NCBI RefSeq assembly: GCF_006345805.1
Contig: NC_043002.1
Span: forward strand, 67,766,001-67,830,000
DNA: 64,000 bases
Direction: 5' to 3'
From: Octopus sinensis
Taxonomy: Eukaryota
The position numbers were made by a program, and so were the translations under genes. The notes beneath the pieces were generated by a model, which was not told the DNA's origin, ran no database searches, and saw only the letters and a list, made by a program, of their open reading frames with translations. Each line of letters begins with the position of its first letter. The stretch's first letter is position 1. Positions 57,338 to 64,000 of this stretch are shown here, piece after piece.

Positions 57338-60300
57338 GTATGATTATATATTCAAATAGATTACAGCCTCATTGTTAAGTAATTAATCCAAAAGGGATTT
57401 ATAAATTTATTCAGTATGCTTTTCCTTTTAATCAACTATAAATCAATATTGTTGAACAAGAAAACAGAGAAGAGGGTGAGCTTCTTACAATGTGACAAGG
57501 AAAAAATTTAATAACCTTTATGTATTTCAGGCACAAAACCCTATCATCAAAAGTAAACAATGAAGAAATATAAGTATTATGTAGTAGATGACAATAATAA
57601 CATTAGGCTTTTCAGATGATTGAAAAAGAATTCACAGGGTTATCTCATAAAATTACTTTAAAATGACAATTATAGTTTTGAAGAATGTGTAATTTTTGAT
57701 GATAATTAAAGATAAGAGCAATTTTGATACTTTTCTCTTTTTTTTTTTCGGTTCATTTGTAGAGAGCTCTTCCTTCTCAGAAGAAAGGTGTTTTCATTGT
57801 GAGCTCACTTCTCCAAAATGTAACGGCTGCTGTCATCCAAGATATAGTCCAATCCAGCCAATTTCAATATGTAATTATTATCACAACTGTCAGCCCCTAT
57901 ACTCATGCCCTGTGCAAAAGCAGTTCCCAGGGAGCTGATTTACCCAATTCAGCTGGACAACAAATATTTCACCAATTTGAAGACAATGTATTGGAGTGGC
58001 TTGGAAATGTTGTAAGTATAACAGTTTGTTTAAAAATTAAATATGAGTTTATAGGGACAGGCATTGCTGTGTGGTTAAGAAGTACACTTCTCACCCATGT
58101 GCTTTCAAGATCAGTCCTACTGTATGGAACCTTGGGCAAGTGTCTTCTGCTATAGCCCAAAGACTTGTGAGTGGATTCGATAGACAGAAACTGAAAAAGC
58201 CCATCGCGTGTGTGTGTGTGCGTGCGCGCGCGCATGTGTGTATGTGTGTGTTTGTGTCTCTTTGTCTTTATGGTAGTTGTAAATGAGTGTCACCATCATA
58301 CAAGCAGTGTCATATCTTTCCAATCTTCCATGGAAACATGTCCAGCCATAGTGAAATGTTACCATACTTGGAAACGTGAAGATTGGCAATAAGAAGGGCA
58401 TCCAGCCATAGAGGATTTGCCTCAACAAGTTCTGTTTGACCCATGCAAGCATGGAAAAGTAGATATTAAAACAATGAGGATAATGATGGTATCTGTATGA
58501 CATGTATTTCATTGTAGTCATTATCACTAGAGAAGTTGTCATGTCTTCAAAAAGACTAAAGCATCCTTCTGCAGTGCATTGTATCCCTTCATTTGCTAGC
58601 TACACTACAGAGTGTGCTGGGTGCATTTATCATGGCACTAGCATTAGAAAGGTTCCCTTGTGCCCTTCCTCAAGACAAAAATAACTGAGAGCATGTTTCT
58701 CTTGAAAAAATGGTGGCAATGTTGAGTAATTATGTAAAATATTTTTATAAGGATTATGAAAGAAATTTACCATTATTTTGTAAGTTAGAGAAATAACATG
58801 AATAATGATGAATATTTCAGGATTAAATATGTATATATTTGCCTTACTTTCTTTGTTTATATCCTAAATATTTCTTCTTCTTCAGAATTATACAGTTGAC
58901 ATCACTCATGTTCCATTATCCACAATAACCGTGGGGGAAAACCTCTTTATAAACCCCGCATATACTGAAATGTTCCCTTTATCAAAAGCAGATGTGAAAG
59001 AGATTGATCTACGTATTCGAGCTGCAAGAGTAAGCTTGATGTTCTTTAATAACATTTGCTAATTACTTGAGAGATTTTGAAACATTTATAGATAATAATG
59101 TTTACTAAAGATGTTGTATTGCATAAATATTTTTATTAAATTATGATTAGTTAAATAAAACAATAAGTCACAAGTAATATCTAAAAAGGCTTGTCAGTCT
59201 ACCTCATGGCCCCAGCAGACAAAAGGGAAAAGGCCCCAGAGGATGGCAAGGGAGATGCTCTGGAACAGTTACACTGATACATGGTGCTTGCACTTGCGGA
59301 TACCCATCTCCACCTCAATAGTGGTGAGCAGGAATGTGGTTCAAGGGCTGATACATTAGAGATCTCCACTGTTACAGGCTCATCTACAAATCTGTCAGAG
59401 AACAGCTGATGCTTTAACAGTTTGCCCTTCTAAGCCTGATGAGCAGCAAAGTCTGTACTGACAGCTGAACATACCAGGCTGCTGTTGGAGAAACTGTCAT
59501 AGCATGTGGCATTCCAGATGAGGGACACTCCAATGTGGAATGGGAAAATTGCCTTCCATTTGAAACACAGGCTGTTATATTAATTTTTAAAAAAATTATC
59601 ATCATCTTTACAATAGTTGATGTATACATTTGAAACATTAGATTAAAATTAGGTTAACTGTGTACAACAGTTATAATCTACATACAAATGTGGGATGACA
59701 CTAGCTGTTATATTTTGTCTCAGAGAAACTTCTCATAATGTCTCTGGCAGATCATCAAACCCAGTGTTTCAATTTAATTTAGTCCCCTCAGTGACAGACA
59801 CCTTTGGACATTAGAAACACCATCTCTGAGAATCCACCAATGACATTCTGACTGAGTCATGTATTTTATTAACACACAACTCACTGAGAAGTTTCTTTGA
59901 AACAAAATATTACAGCTAGTGTTGTTTCACACTTGTGTGTACATCATAAGTACTATACATGGTATTATTCTTTATAATAACATTTATTAATAAAAACCAA
60001 AGTTTTTCATCATACATTTATGATGTGGTTAATGTACAAAATAATATATGCTGAGAGACAGTGATATTTAATATATTTTATTATAAAAAATAATATAAAA
60101 GAGACTATAACACTGTATTTTAAATGACCAGCATGGTTAACCTACAAATTCTAGTTAAATCCCTCTTGTTAAGGAGGTACATCAAAAGTGATTTCTATTA
60201 ATTGTTTTCCTCTCTAATGAGTTCATATAAATAGTAATTAATCTGTTTCCTGCTGGTGAAGGGACCATATAGCTGCTCCCTTGTTGACTCAAGATATGAC

Positions 60301-62984
60301 TGTTTTATAAAACAGAGATTTAGTGTTTTGGTACCCATTTGATTTAGCATGTCTTTCTTCACTGTTATTCTTGAGAGAGCCATGAATATGAAAAATTCTT
60401 AATTTTCTTTTCTACCATCTTATTACAAGATTAAACATATAACCTGTGCAATCATAAAAAGCGTTAGAAATTTTGATAATTTAGCATTTAGTTGCTTATT
60501 CATTTTTTTCTTTCTTTTTATCTTTTTTTTTTTAGCCAGAGAAAACAACGAGCTGTCTTCCAGATTTGGAAATTTCACAGTTGCCAAGAAATTTACAAAC
60601 ATTGTACAAAGTATGTAAATCTTTTGAGATTTATTTTTATGTAATTTAATATTGTAAAAGCAACATGACTTGCTTATCATAATATTAAATCTCCACATTT
60701 TAGATTTTATATTGAATCAACAGTTCATGTAACTAGATAATTCTAACTAATAGATGAAGATAAAGGGAAGATTAAAGCAGTATCAAATGCGAATAGCTGC
60801 TAAATAACTGCTTTTTTTACCAATTGGAATTTCATAGTAAATTACCAAATTATAATGATCTAAAGGAATAAAAATCATTGTTTCCATTTTATATATCATC
60901 CAACCCATGCCGGCATGGGAAATGGATGTTAAATGATGATGATGATATTCATAGTTAATTGTTAATTTTTGGCTACTATTGAAATGAATTTAATAGTATT
61001 GGAAGCTTAGATACATAAAAAAAAAACTAAAACAGAATTTGATTTAAACCAATTTTCATTAGACTCGGTGGATTTCTTTTATTTTTGACAACTTATTTCT
61101 AGATGTTCTGGGGAAGCTATGTAGGTGCTAAACAATTTTCTAATTCAAATTTATGATGCTTAACTACTGAAAAAATTTGATATTCATAAGAAAAAAAAAC
61201 AACTTTTATAGTAGAATTCATCTTCCTTTATTAAGAGATGTTTTGTTTAATTGTTAGTTTCTGACAGTAATTGATTCTAAGCTGAAAAGACATCAGTTTG
61301 TAACCCATAACTAGAAAACAATTTTATTCATGTATAAAACATTAAGCTCTTAATGGCCAAATCTCTTTAGCTGTAAATAGGTGTTATGAGTTGGTACAGC
61401 TTCTTGTTGCTAGTAGGAGTAGAGTAAAAGCAATGTTTTGCTACTGGGAAACAATCCCTATGATAATAGGTGCTTTGAGAATCATCAAAAAACATGCAAT
61501 CAAATACATAACCAAAACCTCAAGACTTATGAATATATATTTAAAAATTTTTTTATTTATGTGCATTTTTCAAGCCTAGCCAGGCTCATGGGCCCGGTTT
61601 CCCAGTTTCTATGGTGTATGTGTTCCTCCCAGCTGGACAGGATGCCAGTCCATCACAGCGTTACTCAAGAAACAAGAAGAAAGAGTGAGGGAAAGTTGGG
61701 GCGAAAAAGTACAGCAGGGATTGCCACCACCCCCTGCCGGAGCCTCATGGAGCTTTAGGTGTTTTCGCTCAATAAACACACACAACGCCCAATCTGGGAA
61801 TCGAAACTGCGATCCTCCGACTGCGAGTCTGCTGCCCTAACCACTGGACCATTGTGCCTCCACATGAATATATATGATATGCAGAAAATAGCACTGATAG
61901 GCACCACACAATCTTACATAGAGCACTTTCAATACAATAGAAATAGCAACATCAAAACAAACCCCAGCACATACTCGAAGCACACAGCTGCATTGGTAGT
62001 GCAATGAAAATAGAATAAAAATAAGACTACTGAATGATAAGAGTAATGATGAACTTACAGTTTTCTGTGTTCAGATACATTACAACACATTGGAAAAGAA
62101 TAAAAGAGGGGACAGAAAACGGCAATAAAGTCAAGTAAAGAAAGACAGCAATGAAAGCGAAAAGTACCGGCACAGTACACAGGCTAAAACATCAAAAGAC
62201 AGAAAAGTGAACAATAAGGGAGTCATGATGAAGAAAGGGTGCATAGGTATATCAAGAATTGTGTTGGCAAATTTTGGAAAGCATGGAATTTTTGAAGGAT
62301 GCTGCATCCTGACAGCTAATGACTGACAACAGTAGTTTGGTAGTTTATTCTATAATATAATATAATGAAATTATTGTATACAGTTCTCAGGTGCACCACA
62401 ACTTGTCAAAATTACATATAAAGCATATGCAGTAATGTACAAATGTCTGGGAAGTGAACAGTGTATGAGTCAGATACATGCTCGCGTGTGTATGGAGGGG
62501 AGAAAATCAGGTGTAGTGTTGGTGAATCTCAGGAAGCATGGAAGTTTTGAAGGATGCAGTATTCCGACAACTAACAACTGATGCCAGAAGTTTGTTCCAT
62601 ACTTCAGCAACTCTTAGTGTGAAAAAATGTTTCCAAAAGCCATGGGAGCTGTGCTATGGATGTAAGACAGGTGGAGTTTGAAAAGGTACTCAGAGTTATT
62701 GTTAGTAAGTGCTCAGAGTTATTGTTAGTAATAATTTAAACACTGAGTTTTTATTTTGAGTAAAGTTAAAATCTCTCATCAAATTAGTTGCTAGTTGTTT
62801 ATTTTTAATTTTGGAATTAATTATAAGTTGTGTAACTTGCCTATCTTTTCAGATGTTTGTGTCATCATTTAATGACATTTTGGAACAACTCTCTGTAAAA
62901 GAAGACATCTATTCCATTGGACATACCAGTCGATGTATTGCTATGGAATTAGAAAACTATGGACCTGCAAAATCTCGACGAAAA
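57164..62984 (+). CDS. SCFD2: Sec1 family domain-containing protein 2, 5' part (5 coding exons; gene continues past window end)
   Basis: Join 57164-57337,57763-58011,58886-59029,60536-60610,62853-62984. All junctions are phase 0 and GT-AG. Collinear with human SCFD2 N-terminus as recalled (VVYLD..ESLHW; AVFVLSCLL..IICRSHFQYCVVVTTVS; NYTAEVFHVP; LANYAPAKNRKK). Confidence 0.9.
57763..58011 (+). CDS. SCFD2: SCFD2 coding exon 2
   Basis: RALPSQKKGVFIVSSLLQNVTAAVIQDIVQSSQFQYVIIITTVSP...FHQFEDNVLEWLGNV; tag| ... |gtaagt. Confidence 0.93.
58886..59029 (+). CDS. SCFD2: SCFD2 coding exon 3
   Basis: NYTVDITHVPLSTITVGENLFINPAYTEMFPLSKADVKEIDLRIRAAR; cag| ... |gtaagc. Confidence 0.92.
59190..59580 (+). 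mobile_element. GC-rich repeat, probably an RTE 3' end
   Basis: KGKRPQRMAREMLWNSY resembles the RTE C-terminal GxRxRGRPxxRWxD motif; decayed. Confidence 0.3.
60536..60610 (+). CDS. SCFD2: SCFD2 coding exon 4
   Basis: PEKTTSCLPDLEISQLPRNLQTLYK (25 aa, fills the expected gap); poly-T tag| ... |gtatgt. Confidence 0.85.
61570..61862 (-). mobile_element. tRNA-derived SINE, family D
   Basis: Reverse strand has tRNA A/B-box-like head (GTGGTTAGGGCAGCAGAC...GTTTCGATTCCC). Related copies at 20200-20410(-) and 29985-30208(-). Confidence 0.65.
61870..62670 (-). mobile_element. LINE-derived (L2/CR1-like) repeat remnant
   Basis: Internal direct repeat AAGCATGGAA(T/G)TTTTGAAGGATGC at about 62279 and 62535; GTGCACCACAACTTGTC motif; no intact ORF. 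Confidence 0.3.
62853..62984 (+). CDS. SCFD2: SCFD2 coding exon 5
   Basis: MFVSSFNDILEQLSVKEDIYSIGHTSRCIAMELENYGPAKSRRK; cag| ... |gtaaga. Confidence 0.92.
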
Positions 62985-64000
62985 GTAAGAAATATATGTT
63001 TGTATGTGGGTGTGTGTGTGCATTTATTTATTCATTTATTAGTTAGTCAGGGGAGATGCTGGCTTTCTTCAACTGGTGTTATCGATGTGGCTAATTTCCA
63101 GTCTAAACAGCTGCAGGTCAATGACTACAGGGAAAACATAGTGTGACATGTGACCAAATCAATAGGATGACATCTTACTGACTGAAGGAGCATCAGTTCA
63201 TAAATATACCCTGATGGTGTACCATATCTATGACAAAGGCAATTGGCTCTCAAATACAGGACTATGATTCACCTAATCATAATTCATTACTCATAAAGCT
63301 GGATACAATGTTCATTGCTATAGGTTATATATATGTATACAATATTAATAATAAAGAGTATGGTGACTTGTTCATCCACAGAATTTATTTTATAATTTTA
63401 TACAGCATATTATAATGACCTATATGTGTTTCCACTGCACTGACTACTCGTGGTTGTAAATGCAACCTTGAATTATTATTGGTGTAGCTTCATCAGGGTC
63501 CGTTCATTTGTTGTCCTCAAAGTGAACTGAGTGAAGTAAATTTTTGTTAGTTAATGTAGTGTGTGTGTGTATATTTACATGGGTGTGTATGATTGTGTAT
63601 AGAAGAATATATTAATCAAAGGAATTCCAACTTTGTCTAATTTTCAAGTTTTATTTACAATCTTATGATAATATAAGATAATATATTATATTATATTATC
63701 ATAAGATAGTAAATAAAACACGAAAATCAGACAAAGAATTCCTTTGATGCACACATATACTTGAGCTTTATTAGTTTCTCTTTGCTAACTTCACTTGTAT
63801 TGGTTTGCCCATGATGTCATGCAGTGGGACTGAATCTGTGTGTGTGTGTGTAAATGTTGTATGTTATGAGTCAATCACACAAATTTCTTTTATCCATCCC
63901 TCTCCACACCAAGAGAGCCTATATTTTTGTTAGAATTTTATTTTGTCCATATTATCATCAATCAAGCCCAGTTCCTGAGATCAGGTGTGCCCTGTAGCAT

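Noticed and set aside
59430-59465. CTGATGAG hammerhead-like core
   Set aside because: No GAAA after a credible stem II
60198-60698. Minus-strand ORFs inside an SCFD2 intron
   Set aside because: 60423-60698 is the antisense shadow of SCFD2 exon 4; 60198-60383 has no motif or splice support
62686-62731. 23-bp direct tandem duplication upstream of SCFD2 exon 5
   Set aside because: Ordinary slippage-type duplication at a repeat boundary; no further structure

Overview
AT-rich, repeat-dense animal genomic DNA. The SINE/LINE families resemble those I recall from Octopus, so cephalopod origin is an inference. Most of the window is one complete 32-exon symplekin gene (SYMPK, + strand, CDS 3666-49980). 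I spliced it by hand: all introns are GT-AG, phases are consistent, and the total is 3744 nt = 1247 aa + stop. It is followed on the same strand by the first five coding exons of an SCFD2 (Sec1/Munc18-family) gene, which starts at 57164 and runs off the window. Introns and the intergenic region hold tRNA-derived SINEs, several TTAA-flanked piggyBac-type MITE families, Tc1/mariner and pogo/Tigger relics, RTE-type LINE fragments, a HERO-like RLE retroelement end, Penelope-like remnants, a Helentron-like element and microsatellites. Best second-look items: (1) a full-length U6 snRNA copy fused to a full-length SINE inside a single 13-bp target-site duplication; (2) a phase-consistent chain of minus-strand exons head-to-head with SCFD2 that could encode a small secreted peptide (speculative); (3) a 154-nt near-perfect intronic fold-back; (4) a minimal hammerhead-like motif in a Penelope-like insert; (5) alternating-orientation MITE copies bracketing symplekin exon blocks. 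All family names come from recalled motifs, not database searches.
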